Shown: one piece after another, positions 18,445-28,266 of the stretch
Position numbering within the stretch: position 1 is the first letter of the stretch
Layout of the letters: every line of letters begins with the position of its first letter
Source of the DNA: an uncultured Burkholderiales bacterium
Lineage (GTDB): Bacteria; Actinomycetota; Acidimicrobiia; IMCC26256; JACPCJ01
Assembly (NCBI GenBank): GCA_964615175.1
Contig: CAZTOV010000002.1
Span: 1 to 60,050 of the forward strand
Reading direction: 5' to 3'
Length of the DNA: 60,050 nucleotides
Program-made: the position numbers and the translations under genes
The notes under the pieces: model-generated
The model's input: the letters and a program-made list of their open reading frames with translations, nothing else
The model's database searches: none
What the model was told of the DNA's origin: nothing

Positions 18445-19257
18445 ATGAGCAGACAACGCGGCCGGCGAACCGGCAACCATCGCAGACCACGGACCGCACA
18501 CCGACCCGGCGGTGCGGATCCTCCGACCATCGATCGCCGGGCCCTCGCTCGCGTGCGGGCGCTGCTGGCGAAGGCCGAATCGACCGAATTCGAGGCCGAG
18601 GCCCATGCCTTGACCGCCAAGGCACAGGACCTCATGGCTCGGCACGCGCTCACACAAGCCATGCTCGAACACGGAGACGAGTCGGCCGATGGGCCGAGTC
18701 GCCGGGAGGTCGACCTCGATGCCCCCTACGTCTCGGCGAAGGCCTTCCTCCTGGGAGCCGTGGCATCGGCGAATCGCTGCCGGGTGGTCTGGAGCCGGGA
18801 GGACACCCGGGGGACCATCTTCGGATATCCGGCCGATCTCGAAGCCGTCGAACTGCTCTTCACCTCGCTGCTGGTCCAGGTCTCTCGCGCCATCACCCGC
18901 GTGGGTCCGATACGCGACGCGGCCGGAACCTCCCGCACGCGCTCGTTCCGCCGCTCGTTCATCCTCGGCTTCGCCAGCCGGGTGGGGGAGCGGTTGCACG
19001 AAGCCGCGGCTTCGACCACCAGCCAGGTCGCCTCGGAGGGTGAGGGGTCGCTGCTTCCCGTCCTGGCCGAGCGTTCGGATCGCATCGACCGGCTGGCCAG
19101 CGAGACCTTTCCGCACACGGTGGCCCGCACCGAGCGGGCCAGCAACGGGCAGGGGTTCGTGAAGGGGCGCGAGGCCGGCGACCGGGCATCGATCACGAAC
19201 CCCTCCGCGATCCACGACGCTCGGGGCGCGTCGCCCATCGGTCGAGGGGCCTCGTGA
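18445..19257 (+). CDS. DUF2786 domain-containing protein
   Basis: RVRALLAKAESTEFEAEAHALTAKAQDLMARH and FRRSFILGFASRVGERL; ATG at 18445 chosen. Confidence 0.8.
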   Translation: MSRQRGRRTGNHRRPRTAHRPGGADPPTIDRRALARVRALLAKAESTEFEAEAHALTAKAQDLMARHALTQAMLEHGDESADGPSRREVDLDAPYVSAKAFLLGAVASANRCRVVWSREDTRGTIFGYPADLEAVELLFTSLLVQVSRAITRVGPIRDAAGTSRTRSFRRSFILGFASRVGERLHEAAASTTSQVASEGEGSLLPVLAERSDRIDRLASETFPHTVARTERASNGQGFVKGREAGDRASITNPSAIHDARGASPIGRGAS

Positions 19258-19287
19258 CGGCTGCCCGCAAGCCCCGCGGTTCGCTCC

Positions 19288-19512
19288 TCAGCCTGGAGGG
19301 ATGTTCTGGTTGAGGTGGAAGATGTTCTGGGGGTCGTACTTCATCTTGAGCTCGGCGAGCCGCTGATGGGTCCGCTCGCCGTAGGCCTCACGGACCCGGT
19401 CGATGCCGTCGTCGTTCTCCGTCCCGGGGTGGCGTACTGGCCGACCGCGAGGACCTCACGCGCTGCCGGGGTCGATCCCTGTCGGGTCTGGTAGATGGGA
19501 GTGGATGGCCAT
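19288..19512 (-). pseudogene. Internally deleted FAD-linked oxidase (BBE C-terminal remnant)
   Basis: RBS GGAGGAGG plus ATG at 19512 gives 18 codons and a stop; the 3' part encodes [37 protein letters not shown], the BBE-like C-terminal motif. Confidence 0.75.
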
Positions 19513-19528
19513 GTCGTCCTCCTCCGGC

Positions 19529-20335
19529 TCAGGCCGGTCGCTTCTGAGCCGCCACGATGTGGCAGACCAACGGTGCCTCGAGCGTCCCGTCGGCGGTGAC
19601 GAAGGGACCCAAGGCTTCTCGGGCGTCCTCCCGGATGCGGCGATAGGTGTCCTCGTCGATGCGGTCGATCAGGGGTGAGCCCTCGATCTCGGTGGCGACC
19701 AGGTCGTCAGGCGATGGCGCCCGTGCCGTTCCCGTACGGGTGCGGGTGCCGACGACGCGCAGTCCCGCGGACTCGACGACGTCGGTCAACTCGTCGAGGT
19801 CGCCGGCGGCCCAGTAGGTCCCGAGGAGCGACATCGCTTCCGGACCGGCATGACGAGCCGCCACCTCTACGAGGGGTCCATAGGCCGGCTGATCCTCGAG
19901 TGTGGCCGGGACGAGAATGGCCACGGTGCCGTCGTCGGTGGCCACCCGCGCCATCTCGGAGACCGCCCGCTTGCGGTCGGGGAAGAACATCAACGCCATC
20001 TGGCACACCACGGCGTCGAACGACCGGTCGTCGAACGGGAGGTCGGCAACGTCGCCCTGGCGCCAGTCGATGTCGGGCCGGACCCGTCCGGCGACGGTGA
20101 GCATGGCTTCGTTGAGGTCGACCCCCACCACGTTCCCGTCGGGCTCGACGCGCGGCGCGGCGGTGCGTGCCACGATGCCGGTGCCGCACGCGACGTCGAG
20201 CACGTGATCGCCTGGACCGACATCGGCCAGGTCGAGCAGGTGAGGTGCCCATTCGGCGAAGATCGCGGGCACGAAGTCGGCCTCGTAGGTCTCGGCGACC
20301 TCGAGGGGGATCTGGAAGTTCTCTGTTGCCGTCAT
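19529..20335 (-). CDS. Class I SAM-dependent methyltransferase
   Basis: VLDVACGTG, GVDLNEAML and LPFDDRSFDAV motifs; start MTATENF. Confidence 0.9.
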   Translation of the reverse strand: MTATENFQIPLEVAETYEADFVPAIFAEWAPHLLDLADVGPGDHVLDVACGTGIVARTAAPRVEPDGNVVGVDLNEAMLTVAGRVRPDIDWRQGDVADLPFDDRSFDAVVCQMALMFFPDRKRAVSEMARVATDDGTVAILVPATLEDQPAYGPLVEVAARHAGPEAMSLLGTYWAAGDLDELTDVVESAGLRVVGTRTRTGTARAPSPDDLVATEIEGSPLIDRIDEDTYRRIREDAREALGPFVTADGTLEAPLVCHIVAAQKRPA

Positions 20336-20432
20336 GTGGTGACGGTACGGAGAGGTCAGCGTCTGCCGCATCGCGCGAACGCGCCATTTTCCGGCGCTCG
20401 CCCCGATGGTCAGGGTTGACCATGCCACCCGA

Positions 20433-22052
20433 TCAGACGAGTTCGTGTTCGTACGCGTAGGCGGTGGCTGCCGCGCGTGACGTGACGCCGATCTTGGTGA
20501 AGATGTTGCTCAGGTGACGGGCCACGGTGTGGCGGCTCACCGTGAGCGCCTCGGCGATCTCGCGGTTCGTGTTCCCTCCGGCGACGAGCCCGAGCACTTC
20601 GATCTCGCGCTCGCTGAGCGGTGTCGGAACTGATTCGTCGCCCTCGAGCAGGCGCTGGGTTCGGTCGACGTCGGGCCTCGCTCCCAGTCGCTCGAAGCCG
20701 GCGAGCGCGGCCCGGAGTTCGAGCGACGCCGTGTCCTCGTCGCCTCCGGCGCGCGCGGCGAGCCCGAGGAGGACCTGAGCCCGTGCTGCCTCGTAGGGCA
20801 GACGGAGCTGCTGGAAGGCCGCGCAGGCCTCGCGGAGTCGCGCCGAGGCCCCGGTGGCGTCACCGTGTCCGAGGAGCACCCTTCCGTCGGCCGCGGCGGC
20901 CATCGCCGTCAGCACCGGACTGTCCGAGGCACCGGCGATCTCGGCAAGTTCGTCCGCTGCCGCTCGAGCGGCGGAGTCCTCACCGACGACGAGCTCTGCT
21001 TCGACGCAGGCGGCGAGGAGCTGCCCGCGGGGAAGCGGGCCCGAGGGGCCGGGTTGCAACGCGGAGCGGATCGCCTTCGCCGCGTCCGCGGCCCGGTGCT
21101 CGACCAGCCGCACCAGCCCCAGCCCGGGTTGCGGGACCCGACCCAGCTCGTGGGCCCGGGTGAATGCCTCCTGTGCCGCCTCCAGGTTTCCCTGGAGGCG
21201 CGCGAGCTCCCCGACCATGTAGAAGGCCTCACCCGCGAAGCGGGGGTCGTGGGATGTCAGCTCGTCGCACGCACGGCGTGCGTCGGTCGCGGCCGCGTCC
21301 CACGCGCCGCGGAGGCAGGCCAGCTCAACGGAATAGACGCGGCAGAGCCCCGGGTACATGAGCCCGTCCTGGAGCGAGTCGCACCATCGCATCGCCGCGT
21401 CCGACCACTCCACGGCGCGCCCCAGGTCGGCGAGTGTGTGGCAGGTGGAGATCACGTTGCAGAAGATCCAGCCGGTGAACAACGGAGCGAGTTCGCCGTT
21501 GATCACCGAGACCATGGCTTCGTCGAGGGCGGCGAGCCCCTCGCGGGTCTGTCCGAGCTCGATGACCGCCCGGCCCTTCGCCTGGAGTGCCATGGCCGTG
21601 AGATCGGGGTCACCGTGGCGGCGAGCGATCTCGAGGGCGCCCTGAGCACAGGCCCCGGCATCCCGAGGCCTCCCGTCGGCCAGTAGGCGGTCGGTCTCCG
21701 CGACCCCGAGCCACCCCGCGCCGACCGAATCCTCGGCTTCCGCGACGTGGCTACGCGCCCGTTCGAGCCAGCCGTTGGCGACCGCCACCTCGCCGACGAG
21801 GAAGTGGTCGTAGAACAGTCGCCACGCCGCCAGGGTTGCGCGGTCCGTGGCGTGATCGGCGACGTGGGCTTGGTAAGCGTCACGGCGCACCCCGACCGAC
21901 TCGTCGGGTCGGTCGAGCCAGAAGAGGGCGTCGGCGAGCAGGTCGAGTTCGTCTGGAGTCAGGTTCGACGACTCCCGCGCCGCGAGGCGTTCGTAGGTTT
22001 CGCGCCACGCCCCGACGACCGTGTCGCCGGTATTCGGACGGCCGGTGGCCAT
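20433..22052 (-). CDS. Large LuxR-family transcriptional regulator (helical repeats + HTH)
   Basis: C-terminal LSEREIEVLGLVAGGNTNREIAEALTVSRHTVARHLSNIFTK; start MATGRP at 22052. Confidence 0.9.
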   Translation of the reverse strand: MATGRPNTGDTVVGAWRETYERLAARESSNLTPDELDLLADALFWLDRPDESVGVRRDAYQAHVADHATDRATLAAWRLFYDHFLVGEVAVANGWLERARSHVAEAEDSVGAGWLGVAETDRLLADGRPRDAGACAQGALEIARRHGDPDLTAMALQAKGRAVIELGQTREGLAALDEAMVSVINGELAPLFTGWIFCNVISTCHTLADLGRAVEWSDAAMRWCDSLQDGLMYPGLCRVYSVELACLRGAWDAAATDARRACDELTSHDPRFAGEAFYMVGELARLQGNLEAAQEAFTRAHELGRVPQPGLGLVRLVEHRAADAAKAIRSALQPGPSGPLPRGQLLAACVEAELVVGEDSAARAAADELAEIAGASDSPVLTAMAAAADGRVLLGHGDATGASARLREACAAFQQLRLPYEAARAQVLLGLAARAGGDEDTASLELRAALAGFERLGARPDVDRTQRLLEGDESVPTPLSEREIEVLGLVAGGNTNREIAEALTVSRHTVARHLSNIFTKIGVTSRAAATAYAYEHELV

Positions 22053-22148
22053 GAGAGCGAAGGGTATCCACCGGCCGACGCAGGCGCTCGCCGACGCCGA
22101 CCGGCAGAATGACTGCGGAGGACTTGGACGAGGCACCGGAGGAGTGGG

Positions 22149-22727
22149 ATGTCGCGGTTCACCGAGGATGTCACGGTCACCAACCGGCTGTCGGGCAGGG
22201 TGCACCGCTGGAAACTCGAAGAGCTGGTTTCGTACCGCCTCGTCGATGCCGACGACTCGGAGGTGGTGACGGTGCCGCCGGGGTTCCACACTGACTTCGC
22301 GTCGATCCCGCGGCCGTTCTGGTTCTGGATCGCCCCCTGGGGGCGGCACGGCCGCGCCGCCATCGTCCACGACTTCCTCTACCAACTCGGTGCGGTGACC
22401 GATCCCGACACCAGGACCTTGCGTCGCCCGTCGAAGCGGGAGGCCGACCGCATCTTCCGTCAGGCGATGGCGGTGCTCGACCGGGTCATCCTCGGGAGGA
22501 GCGCCTTCTGGCGCCGCTTTCCGGCCCTCGTGCTGCACGTGCGCCTGATCTTCGCCGGTGTCCGTCGGTGGATCATGTGGGCGGCGGTGGCGCTCTTCGG
22601 CCACTTTGCCTACCAGCGCCAGCAGCGGAAGGGGTCGGCGCCCGCGGCCGAACACCGGATGCTCGAGGACGTCGCGGCGATGTTGCGCGCCGAAGCCGGC
22701 GCGGAGCCATCGACGCGGCAGGGGTGA
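22149..22727 (+). CDS. DUF1353 domain-containing protein
   Basis: VPPGFHTDFASIPR, AAIVHDFLY and EADRIFRQAM motifs; GGAG RBS. Confidence 0.8.
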   Translation: MSRFTEDVTVTNRLSGRVHRWKLEELVSYRLVDADDSEVVTVPPGFHTDFASIPRPFWFWIAPWGRHGRAAIVHDFLYQLGAVTDPDTRTLRRPSKREADRIFRQAMAVLDRVILGRSAFWRRFPALVLHVRLIFAGVRRWIMWAAVALFGHFAYQRQQRKGSAPAAEHRMLEDVAAMLRAEAGAEPSTRQG

Positions 22728-22731
22728 GGGC

Positions 22732-23040
22732 GTGCAACGCGCGATCACGGGATTCTTCGAAGACGAGCACGGCGACTGGGTGGCGACGCTCGACTGCCTG
22801 CACATCCAGCACGTGCGACACGATCCGCCGTTCACGTCGCGGCCGTGGGTCGTCACCGAGACCGGCCGCGCCGAGCACCTCGGTGCCACGCTCGACTGTC
22901 CGCTCTGCGATCGAGCCGAGATGCCGGACGGCCTGACCCGGAGCCGGACGGCCGGGCCCTTCGACGCCGACACCCTGCCGCCCGCCCTGCTGGAGTCGCA
23001 TGTCGTGCCGGACCGCACCTGGGGGCCGGCCGACGCCTGA
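22732..23040 (+). CDS. DUF3565 protein with a truncated DUF1971/TehB-N-like tail
   Basis: GTG start; ITGFFEDEHGDWVATLDCLHIQHVRHDPP and LDCPLCD, then PFDADTLPPALLESH...TWG cut off by a stop. Confidence 0.7.
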   Translation: MQRAITGFFEDEHGDWVATLDCLHIQHVRHDPPFTSRPWVVTETGRAEHLGATLDCPLCDRAEMPDGLTRSRTAGPFDADTLPPALLESHVVPDRTWGPADA

Positions 23041-23044
23041 GCGG

Positions 23045-23893
23045 CTACGCGGACCCGGCTTCGGAGACTTCGGGAGGTGCTTCGTCGAACAGCTCGGTCC
23101 GCCAGCGGGCGAGCAGCTCGGTGGCGTCCCAATCGTCGGGGTGGAAGTCGGGCCGGTTGTAGTCGCGGATCTTCCGCACGACGTCCCGGGTCAGGAACGG
23201 CGACGTGCGGAGGTTGCGCAGGCTGCGCCACACGCGGAGCGGATGGCGGCGGGCGACCGGATCCTTGAGCAGCGACACGGTGACCGACCCGATCAGGGCC
23301 GACAGGAACGCCGCCGTGGTCACGTTCATCAGGACGCGGCGCATGCGCTCGGTGCCGCCGACGTGGCGGTAGACGTCGAACGCGACGGCCTTGTGCTCCG
23401 ATTCCTCGAGCGCATGCCACAGGAACAGCGACTGGACCTCGGGGACGCCTTCGAGCCGTCGGCGTGCGTCCTCGCTCGAGAGGAGGGTCTCGGCGAGGGT
23501 CGCGGTGTAGTGCTCGAGGGCGGCGGTGACGGCGAGGTTGGCCTTCTTCGACTGGATCTTCTCGCGGAACCGAAGGCCCCGCTCGACCATCTTCTCGACG
23601 CCCCGGGTCGGGTAGCCGAGGGCAGCGAGACGTTCGTTGAAGTCGCGGTGCTCCCGCCCGTGCATGGCCTCCTGACCGATGAACCCGTTCACCTGGGCCT
23701 TGAGGGTCGGGTCGGTGACCCGGTCGCGGACGTTGCGGACCGAGCGGACGAAGAACTCCTCGCCGTCGGGGAACATCGCCGACAGCATCGCCACCACGTG
23801 GCTCATCACGATGTCGGCGCCGACGAAGTGTCGGGGCATGCCGTCGGTGGGGTAGTCGAAGTCGACTCGGCGGACCTTGACGGCGGTCGGCAC
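23045..23893 (-). CDS. Predicted metal-dependent hydrolase
   Basis: FPDGEEFF, QEAMHGREH, LEHYTA and WHALEESEHKAVAFD motifs; GGAGG RBS before the GTG at 23893. Confidence 0.85.
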   Translation of the reverse strand: MPTAVKVRRVDFDYPTDGMPRHFVGADIVMSHVVAMLSAMFPDGEEFFVRSVRNVRDRVTDPTLKAQVNGFIGQEAMHGREHRDFNERLAALGYPTRGVEKMVERGLRFREKIQSKKANLAVTAALEHYTATLAETLLSSEDARRRLEGVPEVQSLFLWHALEESEHKAVAFDVYRHVGGTERMRRVLMNVTTAAFLSALIGSVTVSLLKDPVARRHPLRVWRSLRNLRTSPFLTRDVVRKIRDYNRPDFHPDDWDATELLARWRTELFDEAPPEVSEAGSA

Positions 23894-23935
23894 GAGACAC
23901 CTCCTCTGGGTGGGTGCGGGTCGGTCGTGCTGGGG

Positions 23936-23965
23936 GTTACTCCCAGTAACGTTACCCACGGTAAC
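23936..23965. promoter_or_regulatory. Tandem palindromic operator between divergent genes
   Basis: GTTAC-TCCCA-GTAAC directly followed by GTTAC-CCACG-GTAAC. Confidence 0.6.
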
Positions 23966-24037
23966 CGTGAGGCATGCACGCGCCAACCCCGGAGCGGCGT
24001 GAACTCGGTCACCTCAGCGCCGCTAGCGTGCCCGGCC

Positions 24038-24817
24038 ATGACCGACACCACACGACTCCAGGGAACGCCGATTCTCGTCACCGGAGCCGCCAGCGGTATC
24101 GGGAGGGCGACCTGTCTTCGTGTCGCGGCCGAGGGTGCTTCCGTGGCTGCCCTCGACCTCGACGCCGACGGACTCGAGTCGGTGGTGGCCGACATCGAAG
24201 CCGCGGGCGGTACGGCCACGGCGGCGCCGGCCGACGTGAGCGACGAGGCATCGCTCGGTGCCGCCGTCGAGTGGGCGGTGACGGAGATGGGAGGCCTCCG
24301 CGGCGTGGTGGCGTGCGCGGGCATTCTCCTCGTCGACGACGACATGATGCGGCCGCTGCCCGAAGTCGACGTCGAGGCGTTCCAGCGCATCACCAAGGTC
24401 AACCTCACCGGGACCTTCCTCACCCTGAAGCACACGTTGCCGCACCTCGTCGACGCCGGCGGCGGCTCGGTGGTGCTGCTCAGCTCGATCGCCGCCCTGA
24501 TGCAGGGGGGCGGGCCCGGCTACGCGGCGAGCAAGGGTGGCGTCCTGGCTCTGGCCCGTTTGGTGGCGGGACAGTACGGGAGCCAGAACGTGCGGGCGAA
24601 CGCGCTGTGCCCCGGCGGCGTCGACACGCCGATGACCCAAGGGCTTTTCGGCGCCGATCAGGACGCCATGCGCGAGTACCTGAAGGTGACCACGCCACTG
24701 GGTCGCGCCGCCGAGCCGGAGGAGATCGCGTCGACCATCGCCTTCCTGCTCTCCGACGACGCCTCCTATGTCACCGGCGCCACCGTGGTCATCGACGGGG
24801 GGACCACGATCCAGTAG
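24038..24817 (+). CDS. SDR family NAD(P)-dependent oxidoreductase
   Basis: TGAASGIG, YAASK and NALCPG motifs; TAGCGT -10 just before the ATG (leaderless). Confidence 0.92.
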   Translation: MTDTTRLQGTPILVTGAASGIGRATCLRVAAEGASVAALDLDADGLESVVADIEAAGGTATAAPADVSDEASLGAAVEWAVTEMGGLRGVVACAGILLVDDDMMRPLPEVDVEAFQRITKVNLTGTFLTLKHTLPHLVDAGGGSVVLLSSIAALMQGGGPGYAASKGGVLALARLVAGQYGSQNVRANALCPGGVDTPMTQGLFGADQDAMREYLKVTTPLGRAAEPEEIASTIAFLLSDDASYVTGATVVIDGGTTIQ

Positions 24818-24884
24818 CCCGCCGGCGGCGCTGTTCTTTGTCGTCCTGACCACCGATGAGGGGGTGACGCCCCCAAAGAAGGCT

Positions 24885-25808
24885 TCAGAGGGACAGGACC
24901 TTGCGGGTGGTGGCGGTGACGTCGTCGAGGGCCCGCTGGGCGGGGGCGAGGAGGCCCGCGAAGCTGAGGAACCCGTGGAAGAGGGTGTCGAAGCGGAGGT
25001 GCTCGACGGGCACTCCGGCTTCGCGGAGGCGTCGGGCGTAGGCGTCGCCCTGGTCGCGCAGCGGGTCGGTGCCCGCGGTCACCACGACCGCCGGCGGGAG
25101 GCCTTCGAGCGATTCCGCCCGCAGCGGCGACGCGTACGGATGGGCGACGTCGGCGGCGTCGGGCAGGTACAGCTCCTGGAACCACGCCACATCACCGGCG
25201 GTGAGGAGCGGTGCCTCGGCGTTCTCGCGCATCGCCTCGTCGTCGCTCACGTGCGCGGTCACCGGATAGAGGAGCACCTGGGCGACGAGCGCCGGGCCGC
25301 CCTCGTCGCGGGCCCGCAATGCCGTCACCGCGCTGAGGTTGCCACCGGCGCTGTCACCGATCACCGCCACCCGCTCCGGGTCACCCCCGAGATCGGCCGC
25401 GTGCTCCGCCGCCCACACCGTGGCGGCGTAGGCGTCGTCGGGGGCGGCGGGAAACGGGTGCTCGGGAGCGAGGCGGTAATCGACCGCGAGGATGGGGCAG
25501 CCCGTGCCGAACGCCAGCGCCCGCACGACCGAGTCGTGCGACTCGAGCCCGCACAGCACGAACCCGCCGCCGTGGAAGAACACGAGGAGCGGCGCACCGC
25601 GATCGTCCTCGGTGGGCCGGTAGAGGCGGGCGGGGAGGTCGCCGGCCGCGCCGGGCACCGTGAGGTTCTCCACTACGGGGAGGGGGAGCGAATCGCCGAG
25701 GCCTCCCGCGTTGCTGAGCGCCCGGGCTTCGTCCAGCCCCACGGTGTGGAAGGGCGGGATCGCCACCGCGTCCAGCAGCGCCTGGGCCTCGGGATCGAGC
25801 GTCGGCAC
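24885..25808 (-). CDS. Alpha/beta hydrolase, HSL-family esterase/lipase
   Basis: HGGG, DYRLAPEHPFP, GDSAGG, DPLRD and HGF motifs. Confidence 0.92.
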   Translation of the reverse strand: MPTLDPEAQALLDAVAIPPFHTVGLDEARALSNAGGLGDSLPLPVVENLTVPGAAGDLPARLYRPTEDDRGAPLLVFFHGGGFVLCGLESHDSVVRALAFGTGCPILAVDYRLAPEHPFPAAPDDAYAATVWAAEHAADLGGDPERVAVIGDSAGGNLSAVTALRARDEGGPALVAQVLLYPVTAHVSDDEAMRENAEAPLLTAGDVAWFQELYLPDAADVAHPYASPLRAESLEGLPPAVVVTAGTDPLRDQGDAYARRLREAGVPVEHLRFDTLFHGFLSFAGLLAPAQRALDDVTATTRKVLSL

Positions 25809-25916
25809 GGGCGGGGTCTCCCTGGGGTCGTGAAGTTGACGGGCGTGTCAGGTTCGCGCAGCCTGGGTCGCCCCGGCGACCCCCGACGACCCCCGACGAC
25901 CGAATCAGGAGCGAGC

Positions 25917-26495
25917 GTGAGCGACGGCCGGATCCCCCTGTTGAGCGAAGAAGCGGCGGTGGCCGCCGCCGGGGAGGTCGGCGTGTCGGAGTACGTCACC
26001 GCCCTCAACCTCAACCGGGTGCTGCTGCGGCACCCGCAGATGGCCAAGCGGTTCATCGCCTACTTCTCCGACCTGATGTTCGAGAACCAGCTTCCGGCGC
26101 GCCTGCGCGAGCTGGCGATCATGCGGATCGCCTGGATGACCGGCTCGACCTACGAGTGGACCCAGCACTGGCCCCTCGCCACCGGCGCCGACATCGCCGA
26201 GGACGACCTCCTGGCCTTGCGCGGCGACTGGGACGGACACACCGGGTTCTCCGATGCCGACCGAGCCGTGCTCGCCGCGACCGACGACGTGATCGAGCGA
26301 GGCCGGATCACGACGGGGAACTGGGAGCGATGCGCGGAGCACCTCGCCGACCCGGCGCAGCTCATCGAGCTGGTGCTGGCGATCGCCGGATGGCGGATGG
26401 TGGCGACGATCCTCCAATCGCTCGAGGTGCCCCTCGAGGACGGCAACGCGCCCTGGCCGCCCGACGGTCGCGCTCCCGAGGAGATGAGCCGGTGA
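25917..26495 (+). CDS. Carboxymuconolactone decarboxylase (AhpD-like) family protein
   Basis: LPARLRELAIMR and YEWTQH motifs; AGGAG RBS before the GTG. Confidence 0.8.
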   Translation: MSDGRIPLLSEEAAVAAAGEVGVSEYVTALNLNRVLLRHPQMAKRFIAYFSDLMFENQLPARLRELAIMRIAWMTGSTYEWTQHWPLATGADIAEDDLLALRGDWDGHTGFSDADRAVLAATDDVIERGRITTGNWERCAEHLADPAQLIELVLAIAGWRMVATILQSLEVPLEDGNAPWPPDGRAPEEMSR

Positions 26496-27313
26496 CCGCC
26501 GCCGATTTCCTGGGCCTCGAATCATCCGGTGACGGCAGCGCCAAGACCGAAATGGGCCGCGATCTCCACGGGGCGTTCGGCGGCGTCTTCGGTGGGGGCG
26601 TCGCCGCCGCGACACTCGCCGCCGCCCGACCACGGGCCCCGGGGAGGCGACCGTTCTCCCTCCACTGCACGTTCGTCCGCACCCTGACCGCGCCGACGCA
26701 GGTTGCGGCCGCCGAAGTGGTCAGCGAGGGCCGCACCGTGACGAGCGTCGCCGTCGACCTGACCGACGACGAGGGAGGGCTGGTGGCCCGGGCCACCGCC
26801 ACCTTCGCCGAGCCCGACGCCCTCCACGTCTTCGACGCCGACGGAGCCATCACGTGCCCCGAGATCGAGTCGTTCGAAGAGGCGTGGGAGCTGCCCGTTC
26901 CCGAGGGGGTCGAGGCTCCCGTCATGGAGACCCTGCCTCTCCGGATCTCGGGAATGCCCCACGGCGGCTACGCCCACACGATCCGCGCGCCGTGGCAGTC
27001 ACGGGAGCACGTGGCCGAAGGGGCCTGCATGATCGCCGACTACTGCGCCGGCGTTCCCGTGGGCGCCGCCGTGGGCCCCGAGGGGACCCGCATCCCCGTG
27101 CCCAACCCCGACCTGTCGCTGCGCTTCGTCGGCGACGAGTGGGGCGAGGTGCTGGTGGGGGTGGGCCGCCTCGGCCGCATCGACCGGGGAATCGCCGGCA
27201 CCGCCATCGAGGTCTGGACCGGGCCCGATCGCGCCTGGACCGAGGGCGACGAGGGCCACCTCGTGGCTATCGGGCTCTCGTCGGCGGTGATGCTCTCGAT
27301 CGACCGCCGCTGA
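26492..27313 (+). CDS. Double-hotdog thioesterase family protein
   Basis: GAFGGVFGG, EGRTVT and PNPDLSLRF motifs; GTGA overlap with the upstream gene. Confidence 0.75.
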   Translation: MTAADFLGLESSGDGSAKTEMGRDLHGAFGGVFGGGVAAATLAAARPRAPGRRPFSLHCTFVRTLTAPTQVAAAEVVSEGRTVTSVAVDLTDDEGGLVARATATFAEPDALHVFDADGAITCPEIESFEEAWELPVPEGVEAPVMETLPLRISGMPHGGYAHTIRAPWQSREHVAEGACMIADYCAGVPVGAAVGPEGTRIPVPNPDLSLRFVGDEWGEVLVGVGRLGRIDRGIAGTAIEVWTGPDRAWTEGDEGHLVAIGLSSAVMLSIDRR

Positions 27314-28159
27314 CTACGGAGCCACGTCCTCCCGGTAGGGAGCCCACTGCTCGGAGAGGCGGTCGGCGAGCCGTTGGGTCCGCTCGTGGCGTTGGAGCGC
27401 GCCGAGCACGCCATCGGTGAGGGCCTGGAAGAACGGCTTGGCTTCGGGCGGCGACCACGCGACGCCGAGCTGTTCGAGCTGCTCGTCGCGCATGTCGTCG
27501 ATGGTCGCCCACTCCTCGACGAGCGTCGTCAGTTCGTCGCGGTCGACTCGCGCCTTCCACACGAACTCGCCTGAGCCGCGTGCGATCGCTTCCCATTCGT
27601 CCAGTAGCGATCGAAGCGTGTCGAGGGTCTCGCCCGACACTTCGATGACCTCGGGATGGGCGGCGACCGCGGCGGCGATCTTCTTGCTGTTGGCGACCCA
27701 GGCGCGCGCGGCGCCCGACGACACGGGCCCGACCCGCACCTCGACCTCGGCTCCGTGGGGACTCAGCCGATCCAGCAAGCCGGCGGTGAACTCGTCGATG
27801 AAGTCGGGGCCGGCGGTCTTGGTGAGCACGTCGAGCGCTCCGGCGGCCAGGGCCTCGTGGCGGACCGCCGAGTCGGACTGGGCGGTGTAGAGGACCACCG
27901 CGGTGTCGGGGGCGATCTCGCTGAGGGGTCCGATGATCTCGAGGCCGCCACGACCGGGCATGTTGCGGTCGAGGATCACCAGATCGGGGCGCAGCTCCTC
28001 GACGATGTCGATCGCCTCGTCACCGTTCGAGGCTTCACCGACCACCTCGAAGCGACCGTCGAGTTCGAGCTGAAGGCGCAGGATCATGCGGACGTCATCG
28101 ACATCGTCGACCACGACCACGCGAACCGGCGCCGTCGCTTCCCCCCGGGCGGCCTCCAT
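27314..28159 (-). CDS. Response regulator: receiver domain plus an unrecognised C-terminal domain
   Basis: VVVVDD, PDLVILDRNMP, VVLYT and LTK receiver motifs; no HTH evident. Confidence 0.8.
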   Translation of the reverse strand: MEAARGEATAPVRVVVVDDVDDVRMILRLQLELDGRFEVVGEASNGDEAIDIVEELRPDLVILDRNMPGRGGLEIIGPLSEIAPDTAVVLYTAQSDSAVRHEALAAGALDVLTKTAGPDFIDEFTAGLLDRLSPHGAEVEVRVGPVSSGAARAWVANSKKIAAAVAAHPEVIEVSGETLDTLRSLLDEWEAIARGSGEFVWKARVDRDELTTLVEEWATIDDMRDEQLEQLGVAWSPPEAKPFFQALTDGVLGALQRHERTQRLADRLSEQWAPYREDVAP

Positions 28160-28266
28160 GTCTGCAGTGTTCCACGATGAGAGTGCCGTTTGTGACGCGA
28201 CCTCAGGAAGGCATTGGACGAAGGCCGCGGAGGTCCGGTAAGAAGAGCGGCACACAACCAAGAGCG

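Noticed and set aside
20433..23900. 1155-aa ORF as a single giant LuxR protein
   Set aside because: The upstream ~600 codons overlap three better-supported genes; the LuxR protein starts near 22052. The same applies to the over-extended ORFs 23000..24817, 24768..26495 and 31008..33770.
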